Notes: generated by a model not told the origin, from the letters alone. Counted from the first letter of the stretch, positions 26,341 to 40,953 are shown. The stretch: DNA of 64,000 nucleotides from Octopus bimaculoides (GCF_001194135.2 NC_068990.1:48271271-48335270), one strand, 5' to 3'. Made by a program: numbers and translations.

Positions 26341-29300
26341 TNNNNNNNNNNNNNNNNNNNNNNNNNNNNNNNNNNNNNNNNNNNNNNNNNNNNNNNNNNN
26401 NNNNNNNNNNNNNNNNNNNNNNNNNNNNTATATATATATATATATATATATGCATGCTTGCTGCCGAGAAATAATTTACCCAGATTCAGTATTTAGTGGA
26501 AACAGATGAAAACGACTGCTTATAATGTCTGCAGGCAAGGGGGAACCTCTTGCTTATGAGAATTATAGCATTTGAGATTAGATATGGGTTCAATTTTCAA
26601 TAAAAGGTGGCTGGGTGGAGCATTTATATTCTTAAACATCTTTAAATATGCTTTTCAAATATACTCTTAAAAATGTGATGAAACACTGGCATGTTGGCAT
26701 TCATACGTATCTTGGTCAAGACAGAAATAATAGTTTGTGTGGAAATCACATTCTCTTTTTAATCTATTTAATATCTTTATATCGATGCATGTTTAATGAA
26801 ATAACATTTGTTAATATATCATAGCTAAAAATTGTTAGTAGCTGGTTAATGCTGTCCTAGTGGGAGTCAAAGATTTAGTTTAATGATTTAATGAACCTGT
26901 TTTAACTTCTTGACAGAGTGGTCTTTCTATCATAATGCACTTCACAAAAGTCTTATTCATACATTTTTTTACCAACTTCAATAAATAAGTTATTCCAGCA
27001 TATTTTAATTCAGATCTAATTGAAATATTTTCTAAATGATATATAAAGTTAGCTCTCATTTTACACTGAACTAAATATGATTCTAGAGTTACACCTATAT
27101 GTTGCCAGGAGGCAACACATAAGCACATCAAACTAGGCTACAGATGTTTTCTTTCAAAAGTACTTAATCTATAAAAAATATATATCTCGCTTTGGTGACA
27201 CTTAACAATGGATTGACCTTAATGTTTTTCAACTAAATTTAAACTACTTTTTTTGTTATAAAATTAGAAGTATCTATGCTCTGGAATTTTATCCTGGTTG
27301 GAATTAGTTGTTTTTCCAAAAGATAAACAAAATTTGTTTTTCTTTTATAACATTAAAAAGAAAGAGTAAAAAATATCTTTTGCACAACCCATAGCCTATA
27401 GAAACAGTCCTAGAGAAGACAGATAAAATATGGTCGAGACATTTAAGTAATTGATTTTGCTTATGAAACATCAGACAAGTGTTTTTATTTATATGATTAT
27501 ATTCTATATGTGTGGAAAGAAAGAAAAAATGGAAATAAATATCAGTAAAGGGAAAGTTTCTTTGTTTCACAACATTATACAATATTTGGAGCCCATAAAT
27601 AGAAAAGATGTTTTTAAGTAGAATTGACTTTTGAAAAAGAGAGAAAATATTGGAATAATTTGGCTATATTAAATATATAAAGTTTCCTAGAAAATTAATT
27701 AGTAGCACTTAAATTTAGACAATGTAAGGGTTTTTTTTTTTTGCATTTCTATCAATATAATTTTAAAGACTCAAGGCAATATAAATTATTGTTGGTGTAT
27801 ACTGATTGTATGACATAGATAAATGCATAAAAAGCAAGTGACCTTGATGACATTGTAACGATCGAGATAAAAGTTTTACTTTGAGATCAGAGAAAGATAT
27901 TGCAAATTCTTTTATGCAAGAAATAATAGTTATCGTAAAGCTTCTTTATCAAATTATCATATCATAAAACCTTTTAATTTTTAACATTTATCTTAATTTT
28001 GATGGTAAGAACTTTTTTGCAATAGGCAAACTCTCAGTGATCTGAGGTAAAAAAAAAAACTGGCTCCAATTCCCTATTTCATATACACTACTATGTCACA
28101 TTATTCCATTTTCTTCCTCCAAAAGAGCTGTACTTTTATACCAAGGCAGTAAATTTTCTTTGGTAGGTGATACATGAATAGGCTTCAGGAGAACTAAACA
28201 TGTAATCTGGCTTTGATTTCCATTTGTAACCATTTCTATTCATTTACGTAGCTAATACTCTTGAGGAAATCATGACATCATGGTTATATACTACAAGTCT
28301 GAGATTTTGTGTCATTCTAAGAATTAATAGTTTAGATTATTTTAAAGAAAATGAAAGAATTCTGTGTGGTATATTGATAAACCATACAATAAACCAGGCA
28401 TTTCATTGTACCAAATTTTGTTTGAAATTCTGCTGATACATACACAAAACATTTCATATGTAGATGAAAAGCTAGAGCAGAGTGAATTTGTGCTGTGATT
28501 AAGGCATTTTCAATTTTTTCTTATTACATGGTATTAATTAATTTAGCCACATAGGATTTTCTTTAATATTTCTTTATTCTGTATCTCACCATTCCACTGT
28601 TTACCACTAGATTTAGTGTTAAGGATGAATTGTTTTCTTAATTATACCAAAAAGGAAACCTAATTTCACATGCATCTGAAAGTTTTTAAGTAACAAATAA
28701 TCTAGTTGAACTTTAAAGAAAGAAATACATGTAATTTAAACAGCTATTTCAGATCTTTCAAACAAGTAATTTTCTTAGTTGATCAAATTATCTCATACAA
28801 GATATCTTGTATTATATTTTATGGAACCATTCATAGAAAAACAAATTATATTAAATTATTCTCTATTACTGTTTTGAGTAAGTACATTTAATCTTGAATT
28901 TAAGATCTATAATGAAACCATTGAAAGAACTTTTGAGTTTAAAAGCCTCAAAATAAAATCAATAGTGTTAGGGTCCAATTCTCTTCATATTTAAAAGGCC
29001 CTTATTTAATCATGATTTCTAAGAGTGTATCCTGACAAAAAAGATAAAAAATCTATGCTAACTCATATACACACAGACACACACACAAAATCATTCTTTC
29101 ACTCTTTTTTCTACCCTGTTATTAAATCTTTAAAGCAAGAATCAGAAAAACAAAATTGATTAATGTTTCAATATTTTACATTACCAATTAAATAAACATC
29201 TGATATCTAACTCTTTTCTCTTATATTTAATTTGTAATAACCATAAGAAAATTATAAAATTGCGTTAAGAGCAAGGCTAAAAATAGTTTATTGTAAAATT

Positions 29301-31409
29301 AATTAATTAATTTATGAGGAAGTCATTTTCTAAATAGCAGGTACATTCACCAATAAAAACTTTTTGTATTATAAGAAACTAGATTTATTATAACTTGCAT
29401 GATTGACTGCTTAATGTTGTGATCCAGGACTTAAATATTCAAAGAATCAGCAACATTTTCTACAAAATATTCACTGAATTGTTTTAACTGAGAAGCAAGC
29501 TTAAACTTCATTGGTCTACAAGGCAGTGACAGCTTTAAGAATAAGACTACTTGTAAGTTTTTATATTGCAGTGGATAACAAACTCACTTTAAGACCTTAA
29601 AGTTTAACCTGTTAAGGACTATAGGCTCTACGATTCTCAAGTGGTGATTCTTTAAAGGTTGAAGGACAACAGTTAATTTCAAATAATCCTATAATATAAT
29701 TTATCTATATTCACAGGAAAATGCCTGCTTTAAATTGAAATTGATTGCTTTCTTCTTGTAAAACAAATGCAAATGAAAGAAAATATCATTTTGATCCATT
29801 GTAAAGATTATATTAATTGGAAACTTATACATGATCAAATGAATTTACAAGACACACAGTGAGGTTTTAGTGTCACATTTGGCTCATTTAATCATTTCTA
29901 TAGCAAATGCAGTCATGAAATAATAATAACTGCAAGTAAGTAATATATGAACAGGTAAAGATGAACAAAATTAAAATGTCATTTGAACAGAAAACATACC
30001 AATAAAAGATTTTTAAAAATCTGTTAAGTATTTTTCTCTGTTTTACAAAAAAAAAAAAAAAAAAAAAATGGATATTGCATTAAAAAATAACTTCTAACAA
30101 AGAATTCAGTTCAGGTATAATTTTATGATTGGAAATAGAAATAGACAAATGGGAATTATGTAAAAGAAACAAACTCCATGTTCTTATGGGACACACTTTC
30201 AATTTTTTTTTTTTTGTTTTTGCTAGCTGACTGATAATATCCATGCATGTTAACAATTATAACTGAATAATCGATAACAAAAACACAAGGAAAATTTTAG
30301 TCAGCACTGAAAAAACTTTAGCTAACAAGAAATTCAATGATCCTTAAACAAAATCATCTTTTTATCATGAGCAAAATAATTGTAATCTGAAAAGAAAAAT
30401 ATGGTTCTTAAATTTCGAGCATTTTTTGTCTGGTTTTCTTGATTTGTTTCAATTGTTTTTATTTATTCTTAAAACTGAATTAAACACAAGACTATTTGAC
30501 TGAATATCAACAATTAACAAGCCAGTCAAAAAGTAATTCATCATGGAAAATAGTTATGTAATATCAAATTTCAGGTTTTTCTTTTACTTCACTGAAACAA
30601 ATCCTGAATCGGGATGAAAAAAGCTTTTGAAAACAAATAATAAAAAGACAATAATATTTACTGTAGGGTTATGGATGTTCATGTTGTGTATGAGATTATG
30701 TGTGCAATGAAATCTTTGAAACTGAAAAGAATTCCTCCTTAAAATGTCCATCACAAATTCCATAAATATATTCAAACACCTAATATCACAGCAGACCAAA
30801 TGAATAAACAACTATCGGTCAGCTTTTATGTATCTTTATAACAGAAAAAAAAAACAACAAAAACAATAAGTTATGCCCGATACCTGAAAAATTAGGAACC
30901 TTGACATAAAGATAACAACCAGACCAAAAAGGAAAAAGGTATAAGTGAAATTGTTTTTTTTTTTTTAAAGTTAAATAATTAGTTTTCATTCATAGAAACA
31001 CTTTCACATTGAACTCTATGTTCCCCTCTACTCATTTCATGAAGAATCTTTCAATAAACAAACTGTTCAGAAGTAGAGAGGAAAAACACTTTAATTACAT
31101 TGTTTTCTCATCCTGTTTTTATTTGGGCATTACTTTATGTCCCCAAAACAACATTTTCTGAGCAGTTCTTTTTACAAACATTTATATATATACATATNNN
31201 NNNNNNNNNNNNNNNNNNNNNNNNNNNNNNNNNNNNNNNNNNNNNNNNNNNNNNNNNNNNNNNNNNNNNNNNNNNNNNNNNNNNNNNNNNNNNNNNNGTG
31301 TTTTCTTTCCTCTTTCTTTTTTTGTTTGATTTTTAGATTTAAGTGAAAAAATACACAGGACATTGAGAAATAGTTTTGGAACACTTGATGAAAACTTTAT
31401 AAAATAAAA

Positions 31410-31660
31410 GAACTACAACTATTGTGCTAGCAACAACCATAAAATAAATGAGACATTTAAAGACATTTTCATTCTCAATAACTATAAGATAGACCTCTAG
31501 ACACAATTGTGCTAGCAACAATCATCAAGACAATTAGACTTTGTAAGACATTCTACTAGCAGCAATCAAACAGACTTTATAAGACACATTGTGCTAGCAA
31601 CAGTCATCAAACAATTTAGATTTGTAAGATATGCTAGAAACAACCATCAAACAATTTTCA
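31410..31660. repeat. Degenerate ~45-bp tandem repeat, about 5 units
   Basis: Recurring gtgctagcaacaa(c/t)catcaa(g)acaat(t)agactttgtaagac unit. Confidence 0.7.
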
Positions 31661-34600
31661 TATGGCTCAGTTAATTTTGTTTGATAACAATTTTCAAATA
31701 GAATTTTTCAAAATATTTTTCAGAAACTTTTATAATTTTATCTTTAATTTCTTTCTTATTTTTTAAAAAATTTTTTGAGGTAGGTGGATTATCTTGCGCA
31801 GAGTTACAATTGAAATGATTTTCAGTAAACATTTTTGCCCTGTCAGTACTGATGAATGTGGGAAATCATTTGTAAATAAGCAATAACATGTTAATCTTTT
31901 TCCTTCTAGCTCACTATTAGTGTATCAAATAATTTTATACATGAATGAAATGGAGAAAAGATGATGGTAATCTAATTCTATATGACATAGTTCAAATCAA
32001 TAGAATAATTCATAAAATAATCAAAATGTATTTGATCTATTCATCATCATCATTGTTTAACATCTGTTTTGTTTAAGTATAATGCTGGCATGCATTGTAC
32101 TTAATAACTAGTATAAATTTATTTTAAAAGACTGATTAACTCTAAATCTATATTTTCTAAAATTATCTTCTACTAAGAAAATTCCCCAAAACGTTTGATC
32201 CTGTGATGCCTTCTATTTATAGTTGCTTTTGTTGATTTCAGATAGTTTTGAACAACTTTTGTGCCACATATTCATCATCAGTAGATTAATTTGGAATTTT
32301 TTGTCTATCTTGCTAAAACACACAAGAATATAGATCTGAAAACTGCTAAGACATGTTTTTGACAACTGAAAGGACTTGGTGTAAATGGTAGTGCACTATC
32401 TCCACTTTACATCTTGGCACCACACAGATAAGTTGTTAAACCCTCGGATGCTAAACAGTGAGACTGAAATGATCTTTCCAAATTCCAAAGATTACTCCCA
32501 AAATGTTGAGCATTGCTGACAGATTTTGAAGACCAAAGCTATCTGGTCAACAACAAAATGTACAATGGAGAAGACATCATAATTGTGAGTCAGCGTTCGA
32601 TAATTTACCCGTCCGCAAAAATATCTCAAACAATTGTTTGTAATGAAAAATTGAAAAATAATTTTTTTTTGTATTTTTTTAAAATTTATTTTGGAGGGAT
32701 AAAGAGAATTTATATTTGAGTTATTTTTATAGAGTTAAAGAAACGGAAAAATATCTTCATATTTCATATTCTTTTATTGAAAAGAGGTATATAAAAAGTA
32801 TAAGTTGAAATTTAGCACACTGAAACAGTTCTAATAACTATATAATACTCATGTTTATTTCTTAACACAGTAGTTAATTCAGTATCTGTATGTAAATAAA
32901 AGTTAACTAACTCATAAAAGCATTTAATTATATGAATAAGTGTAGCAAAATAACAAACCAACAGATTAGTATGAATTTTCAGCAGTAGTTAGATAAATTA
33001 CGATTTAGATAAGTTAGATAATAAAATGTCTACAGGTTGGAACATTTCTCACTCAAAAGGATTTAATACAAAAGAAACAAATATTTTACTGGTAAAAACA
33101 ACATAGGTGAAAAAATAACAAAAAGAATTTAATTTCTCATTAACCAAAATGTTAGATATGTAAGGTATAAACTGATGAAAAAGGAAAAAAAATGTAGAAC
33201 TGTCTAAGCTGAGACTAAGCTTCAGACCATGCATTGAACAGAGAAGGAATATTTATAAGAAACACCTTCTTGCAAACTTAACAAACGAATCAACAACAAT
33301 CAAAATAAAAATACATTCTTCAGAAATGTAAAAATGGCAATTCTTTCTGCATTTGATGGAATAAGAGTCAAGTGTGAAGCTACATTTACTAACAAGAAGC
33401 AGCAAAACTGTTGAAAAAATTATGGAAGTAAGCAAACTGAAAATTTATACCCTGAACAGTATTATAAGAGGGCGCTGAAGCTCTTGGAAATCATTTAGGG
33501 ATGCAAGAAGCATTGATAAAGATGTTTAGGGAATATTTGCATTCCTACTAAAAATTAAATATGCTTTATTTTTAAGAGAAATTTGTTTCAAACATATGAA
33601 GTGTCCTTATAGGGAGAATATTGGTATTAAAAGTAACAATTCAAGTTTTCATTGTCAAATGATACAATATAGTCATTAAAAGTAACAGCATAATTTTAAT
33701 TTAAACAAAATAAGCTAAAAATGAATCCAATTTCAAAATTATTTAGTGCCAATAATGTTTTAAAAAAAGAACTATAAATATCAAGAGTATTTCATAAGAT
33801 TGATTAATATTAATTTGCATATTCTTAGAGAAACAAAGGTTTCTATCTTTAGTGGAAATATTTTAAAAAGAAAATAGTACTAAAAAGTGTTATATAATAT
33901 TGCTGTTATTATGACATTAAATACTTGCTATAAGGCTGCAATAAAGAGGCTTATTTCTTTTTCCTTAATTCTGATCTGAGTATACAACTTATAAATATAT
34001 TTTGATTTCCATTGCAAGCAGTGTATGATAATGAAGTTATTCTACATTTATTTGTAAATAAATAAGTTTTTGTAAAAGACTTGTCAAGAATTGGAAAGAG
34101 AATAATATTTATATATTTAAAAAAAAATTAAATAAGGATGCAAGCACAAATGACAAATATAAAAATGAAATAAACTTTTTAAATCTTTCATATGTGTTGT
34201 TAACATTCATAACCTCACTTGATTTTTTTCTAAAAATATATTTAAAAATAAATTCTGAAAATGCTTTACAATCACACACAGTTATATTGTGATAGTTATC
34301 TATAAATACTTTAATCTCCCCACACATCTTTTTATTTTAGCAAGCAACATATCTATATTGTCCTTAAGGAATAGAATAGGTAAAATAAAATTGCACAACT
34401 TAATAAATTAGACTCCCAAGTACATAACAGGAATATAACTCAGAAGAACATAGCTTAAAGCTGCCAGAATCCTGGCTCAAGTTCTGACATTAGCTGCCTG
34501 GAATATGATTGGTGTACAATTGGAAATTACTAGTTAATTATTGTTTTATCTTGCTTTGCATTACCGCCCTAACTTCCAGGTCTTGGGGGGGGGGGGGTTA

Positions 34601-35720
34601 AGTTTATATCCCATACCCACATAGGCATGTGAGGCAAGGGTTAGAAAAAGGCAACTAAAATTTCCCTGCATGAGTTTTATTTGGGATTAATACCATCATA
34701 AACTAATAGAATGTGAAATGATCTAAAAACAAGAAATGGATCTTTATTGATAACAATTCAATATTTCAAGTTCACTGAAAGATAAACAATTCACAGAATT
34801 AATGTTTCATGCTAATTAAATTATATTCCATCAGTAGACAAGCCTTCTTAGGTCTAATCAATGAGGCCTTTACAAACATTTCTGTGGGGATATTAGAACA
34901 TTTAAACAATCTATTAATTTAATTAGGGTACTGAGATATGAGCTTCAAATTGTTTTTTAATTAAGGCAAAATAGCCATTTCAAGAATTGCAAGTAATTTT
35001 GAACTTAAGTTTATTATAATATTGTGTTTACACTTGAACTGCCAAATAATGTTACAAAGTTACAAGTTACATGTTATAATAATCTCAGTTGAAAAAAATC
35101 ATGCATTCAAATTTTTAAACATTTAATCTATATTTTTGTATTTTTCATACTTTAAATTTATATTTTTTAAAGTTTGTATTTGTGTCAATCAAGTTATCAT
35201 TTCATTTCAGTATTGAAAATATACAAATATAATCTAATTTTCAAGATATTCATTTATCAATCATTTGTAATTTGAAATTTTAGAACGAATTAGAAACAAT
35301 AGCATACATGCACACATATACAGAGGCACACACACATGCACACATGCATGCATTCAGAGAGAGAGAGAGAAGTAAAGGAAGAAAGAAAGATTATTTTATA
35401 AAAAGAGCTTGGGCTTTTGTGAAATGGCATCTCCAAACACAACTGCTCTTTTGTTAACTGTTTACAGAAGCAACTGCCTTTCATACAATCACAGCCTGTT
35501 TTCTTTTTTTTTCTTTTCCTTGAGCTTCCTTGTGGCAGTAATACAAGCAGCATATATCAATCCAGTAAGCTGTGGCCTCTCACATACTCTTTATCACCAA
35601 CGAAGCTGTAATTCCTTAAAGATGAGGTGGTTTCAAGAGTTTTGTTCATTTTGTACATGATCACAAACTCTTAATGAAAATAATCACCTACAGTGGTGCA
35701 TATTCATAGAATGGCTGCTG

Positions 35721-35860
35721 TCACATTCTGTTACTCATGTTTGCACGTAACATAAGAGTTCCATCAACCCAAGTGTTTGGTCTAGATATCATTGACTGCC
35801 ACAATGAGATTTCATCACCAACAGCATCCATCCAATCAACATATCTCCGACTACAAATAC
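35721..35860 (-). CDS. SYTL4/5: Synaptotagmin-like protein, last coding exon (end of C2B, stop TGA)
   Basis: Acceptor ttctctttAG at 35862-35861, phase 1. Encodes (G)ICSRRYVDWMDAVGDEISLWQSMISRPNTWVDGTLMLR...*, matching the Slp4/5 C-terminal motif VDWMD..GEE..LW..M...P..W.EGTL.LR. Confidence 0.93.
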
Positions 35861-37564
35861 CTAAAGAGAAAATATTTTTAAATATATTACTTAAAAATAC
35901 ATCAGAAGGGAATTTTCTATATTTTATGTATTTTGTTGACAAAATTTATGTTATATTAACTGACAAGTGTTAACTCATAGAACAAACAAAAAAATGTTAT
36001 ATCATGCTAAGTAAATAGGATATACCACAACCACCACCATCTGCCCTACTGCCACCACTTACATGACTTACAAGTATTTTTCTGACAAAGAAACATATGG
36101 AACAAGTTGCAGCAGCAGTAATGTAATTCCACCTTGTTTTTAATTGTGAAATATTTTGATTAAGTATATTCTCTATTCTTTTGTTATACATACTATTTTT
36201 TATAATGAAAACATAAAAAGACAAAAATAAAATGTCATTAGTGTAAAAATCTATATCTTGTACAATAGTACTAAACCACAATTTTGTCAACTTGCAAGGA
36301 AGGTTAATCCAGCTAAGAAGCTAGATACTTATTTGGATTATGATGCTATTCCTGTATTCCCAAACACTAATTGTAAATCAAAATTAAAATATCTTCCATC
36401 TACATGCCTGAGAGTCAGATACTATTGCAGCAGATCTGTTTACATACACTGGTGCATATAGATGTGAACAGTGGAATCCAACATCTATCCTAATATACTT
36501 ACAAGCAAGGAGAGAGAAGTAAATTCAGCACTGGAAAACAACGCCATGTAATTTGATTTTTAAAGTGTTGTCAATAATTAGAGCATTGAGAATGTCCTCT
36601 TTTGGTATCTATTTACAGTTGAGTGAATTGGAGCACTGAGAGCTGAACAACTTTTCAATGGATGTAGCATAGCACCAATGACTAAGAACAAACTGCTAGT
36701 ACATTTACTCTACAATCAACCAGACATCTATAGTTCTAGAACAATAACAATCTTAATAAATACTAATTTTGGTTAAACTTTATCAATAAAATTTAACATA
36801 TGCCTCTCCAGATTTGATAATTTTATGTAGAACTAATGTTTATTAGTATTATCATAAAATATTTTTCTCCCCAAGCTAGATGCATTTACCTATATCCCCA
36901 TAGGAGAGAAAATTCAGACAAAACTTATGCATTCTATTAGTTTTTCATACTTATAATAAATTCTTAGATGATCAAGATCTCAATTCATATTGACCAAATT
37001 TTTAAACAGTTATAGCTTCATTTTGTTTCACTCACAGCTTTTCTTTAATTTGAAATAAATATAAGTATAAAATGTATTTTAGAAAAAGGTATTCACAGTT
37101 GTTTATTTTTAATTAGAAATAAATTTATCACTCTATTTTCATACATTGTTTGGGGGTGGCATATAAGTAGCCTCAAGAAATGCTTGAGAATGAAGTAAAC
37201 ATTGCTAATTGCAGTTGCTTCAGTTTAATGCAAAAGTAATGAAATACACTAACTAGATGTTTCAATTAATTTCAAATGATCAAGATTTTAATGGGATGAC
37301 ATACATATATGTGTGTGTGTGTGTGTGTGAGTGTATTTATTTATTCCATTAGACTTTGAAAGTGTAGAGCTACATGATACATATTTCACAAGGACTGTAA
37401 ACATAACATCACCATTTTGCTCAGACAGCCTCACACAAAGATGCAAAATATCAATATTCACAAACAAGCATACAATAGGATTCTAAGCAGTTTCCTTTTA
37501 CATGTCTAAGTATAATGTTCTTATAATAAAACTCTAACATAACATGATGAACAAAAATTCTTAC

Positions 37565-37773
37565 CTGATCCTAAATTCAATCGAACGCCACCAAGAAAAT
37601 CATTACTTGATATACGATCATAATCCCACAGAGTGAGTTCTAGGCATCGGTCAGCCAGCAAACTAGCAGACACATCTTCAAATATAAAGCAATGATTCCA
37701 AACCGGGTTGCAATTTTTCTTTACCACTGGAGTTTTTTGCTTTGATGATCGGTTCTTTTCTGGTAATAAATAC
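37565..37773 (-). CDS. SYTL4/5: Synaptotagmin-like protein exon (C2B core)
   Basis: gcAG|...|GTaaga, phase 2 to phase 1. Encodes YLLPEKNRSSKQKTPVVKKNCNPVWNH...LELTLWDYDRISSNDFLGGVRLNLGS. Confidence 0.95.
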
Positions 37774-37799
37774 CTGCAAAGTGAAATAGAATTCTTTTA

Positions 37800-38157
37800 T
37801 TTTTTAACTGGTTTCAGACTTTGGACTGTGACCATGCTTGGGCACCACCTTCAAGAGTTTAGTCAATCATATCAACTCATCTCCCCAGTACTTATTTTTA
37901 AATCTGATACTTATTATATCTACTATATATCTATTTATTAATATCCATTTGTTGAACCATGAAGTTATGAGACATAAACAAACACAGACACACACATACA
38001 ACAATATTCCTTACAGATTCCATCAGTCAAATTTCACACAAAAGGCATCAGTCAACTTGAGGCAAAAATAGAAGACACTTGCCCTAAGTGCTACACAGTG
38101 AGATCAAACCCAAGACTATATGGTTGCAGAGTAAACTTCTTAATCACACAGTCATGT
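37800..38157 (-). mobile_element. SINE family A (degenerate, intronic)
   Basis: Co-linear with the 21092-21512 copy (tggactgtgaccatgct..., gaagacacttgccc..., taatcacacagtcatg). Confidence 0.75.
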
Positions 38158-38189
38158 AAAACTTATTCATAGCCAAACATTTTACAAAC

Positions 38190-38345
38190 CTAGGCTTGTG
38201 GCAGTGAGATTAAGAAGTTTGCTGCACAGTCACTTGGTTCTAACTGTGACTTCTCTGCATGGTAGCTTGGGCAAGAATCTTCTACTATGGACTTGGGTTG
38301 ACTTGAGTGGAACTGGGTGAACAGAAATTGTATAAGCCCATTGAA
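38190..38345 (+). mobile_element. SINE family A head, inverted relative to the adjacent copy
   Basis: gattaagaagttt...gggcaagaatcttctactat...gttgact matches the family A 5' half. Confidence 0.6.
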
Positions 38346-39963
38346 TGGGCTCTATTTGTGATTCATGGGTCCAGTCATGTTAAACAGTGCTGCACTACTC
38401 TAGCATGAAGATTATATTAAGGGTATGAGTATTTGTGATATACTCATCCATTTCCATTATAACTCATTAACTAAGTGGTTCTGTAGATGGAACAACTGGA
38501 TCTCACATTCATCAAAATCGAAAGACAGTCAATCATTATGATCCCATATTAGCACTTATTTCATATGTGACTAAATACATACATATTCAAATATTCCCAC
38601 ACAGGAACATGTGCTACAAGATAGCTTAAGTATTAACAGATTGACATATGTATTATATAGATGGTTACATGTGTTACCAGCACAAAAATAGATCTACCAA
38701 CCAAAGTTTGATATACTTCATGTTCTAACATGTGATTCCATAATCTGGCAATATACCAGAAAGATTAAAAATACGCAAATTACTTTTGAAGTAAAATGGA
38801 AGAAAATTTTAGATAGTAGTTGGAACAAAGTTTATCAAACAAGTAAGAATGATATAAAAACAGCCATACATAACAACTGTGATTAATAAGAAATAAGAAA
38901 TGAATATGCTAAAGTCATATCCTCTAAATAGTCGATGAAAAACTTCCAAAATGTAACATAAAATGGAAATACTAAAATGGAAGAAAGCCATATATACATT
39001 GAAAACATTACAAATACAAAAGAGTTAGCCATCATCAAAGCATGAACAACTAGATGTTAGATAAGTTAAGTCAATTTATAAACATGAGCTCACACACAAC
39101 TTCCATTAGTTTCTAAATGGATTAAATAACTACTGTGTTAATAGTGGCTGCTGCGAAATAGTAATGTACTTATGATCTAGAAAGTACTTATGATATTAAG
39201 AGGTGGTAAGAGAAAATGTTTACTGAAACATAAGGAAGAATAACAGAAACATTCCTACTAAACAGAAGACATAATAATGGTGCCTTCTAATGAAAAGTGA
39301 CCAATACCAAGATGAAATGTCAGCAAGAAAATTCCTTAAATATGGATTGAACTAATACAAGGTATGCCTACTGTTTTGATTTATTTAATATATAAGTCAA
39401 AGCAACAGAAACTGTTTATGAGAATAAAGAGAGAAGAGAACACACTTATACACCAGTGCTCTCTTCTGTGGTCAAATTAGTAACTCAAGTTTTCAGTTCA
39501 GCAATGAAGTGAAAACTTACTGAAACATCTATATGTTCCTTTAGATAACTTGAGATAAATATTCTTTATTTTCTTTATGGGCTATATTTGAAGTTCAATG
39601 TCACTGATTATTTAATTCACATACAATATGTGAAGAAATTGACAAATAATCAGTTTTCTGCTTGATATAATGTATCAGACAATATTTCTTCTTGTCTTGA
39701 AATGTGCACACTGATTGTGAACAAAGGGTTATTGTTCATAGAAACAGTATCATTTGTTTACAATCATCCATAAAAGTATATCTAGGCTGTTGTTCATTAG
39801 AATAGGGGAGACATTACCTATGCTGGATATGAGTAGGGATTGGCAACAGGAAGTGCATTCAGTAGTAGGAATATTTGCTTCAACAAAGTAATCATATGAC
39901 CCATGCAAGTACAGAAAACTAGACCTTTAAAATGATGACTGTTTGTTCGTTTGTTTGTTTGTA

Positions 39964-40255
39964 TGTATGTCATTATTCAGTTTTATTTCAAAATTTTTTG
40001 CCAATAGAGAAAGAGTTGATTTCTAACCTAGATCCTGGAATTTCAACAACATTAACAAGATATTTTTGCATGTATGTGCGTAAATGTGAGTATTTGGAGT
40101 CAATGCATGTGCAGACTTGTATGTTTTGTTTTATGTATGTAGTCTCATGTATACAGTTGCATGTCTAGACATGCGCATATGTATATGTGTATGTCATTAT
40201 TCAGTTTTATTTCAAGATTTCTTGCCAATAGAGAAGGAGCTGGTTTCTAACCTAG
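39964..40255. repeat. ~70-bp direct duplication about 223 bp apart
   Basis: tgtatgtcattattcagttttatttcaa...gccaatagagaa.gag.tg.tttctaacctag at 39964 and ~40187. Confidence 0.8.
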
Positions 40256-40344
40256 TATGTATATATGTAAAATCATTGTCATTATTATCGCCTTCCCCTA
40301 CTTGCATGGACTAGAGAAGTTTTTCCCAATATTGTGTCTCATCC

Positions 40345-40700
40345 CTTGCTGCTATCTCTTGCCATCCTATTCTTGATATTCAGCATCCTGAGATCAGCCT
40401 TCATCAATTCTTTCCATATCTTCCTTTGTTTTCTCTTTTATAGGGTCCTCTATTTGTACCACTTGGCCCTTTTTCACCAAATCCTCATTCTTTGTACACA
40501 TCAGGTGTCCATACCATCTCAGTCTTTCTTTGTCAGCACACTCATGCTTCATTGTTCATGCATACCGATAATATTACATATCCAGTGAAGCATGCAAACT
40601 TTACTTCTACCCAGCCTTTGCACATCTTCCACATTCAATGTCCATTTTCACTACTGCGCAACATTGCCATTGCTCCATCACTCAGAGCATTGTTTTGGTG
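40345..40700 (-). mobile_element. RTE LINE 3' fragment (degenerate, intronic)
   Basis: Minus-strand remnants of the RTE C-terminus (ctgagatggtatggacacctg = LRWYGHL; MLHWICNII). Confidence 0.65.
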
Positions 40701-40729
40701 CCATATATCATTTTAGTAAAACAACTTAC

Positions 40730-40953
40730 CCTTTACAGAAAGGATCAGAATATCCTCCAGATCTAACTGCTGTCAAATTTTTGGCCTCTTTAATGTAAAC
40801 ATGAAGTTGTCCTCCATCTGAAACTTCAGATCTGCCATCTCTACTGTGCTTTAAAGATGTTGTGGACCCCGTTAGCAGTTTATCACCAGTTACAAACTTT
40901 AATGACAAGGTCAGCTCGCCTTTGTATGAAAGAGATGATGGCAAATATTCTTG
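40730..40953 (-). CDS. SYTL4/5: Synaptotagmin-like protein exon (C2A-C2B linker and start of C2B)
   Basis: tctgtAG|CAA...GG|GTaagt, phase 0 to phase 2. Encodes QEYLPSSLSYKGELTLSLKFV...GQLHVYIKEAKNLTAVRSGGYSDPFCKG. Confidence 0.95.

Noticed and set aside
35845-35862. Second AG acceptor 10 nt into the last exon (GTATTTGTAG at 35852-35851)
   Set aside because: It is out of frame with the conserved VDWMD motif given the phase-1 upstream donor. The acceptor at 35862-35861 restores the Slp C-terminus.
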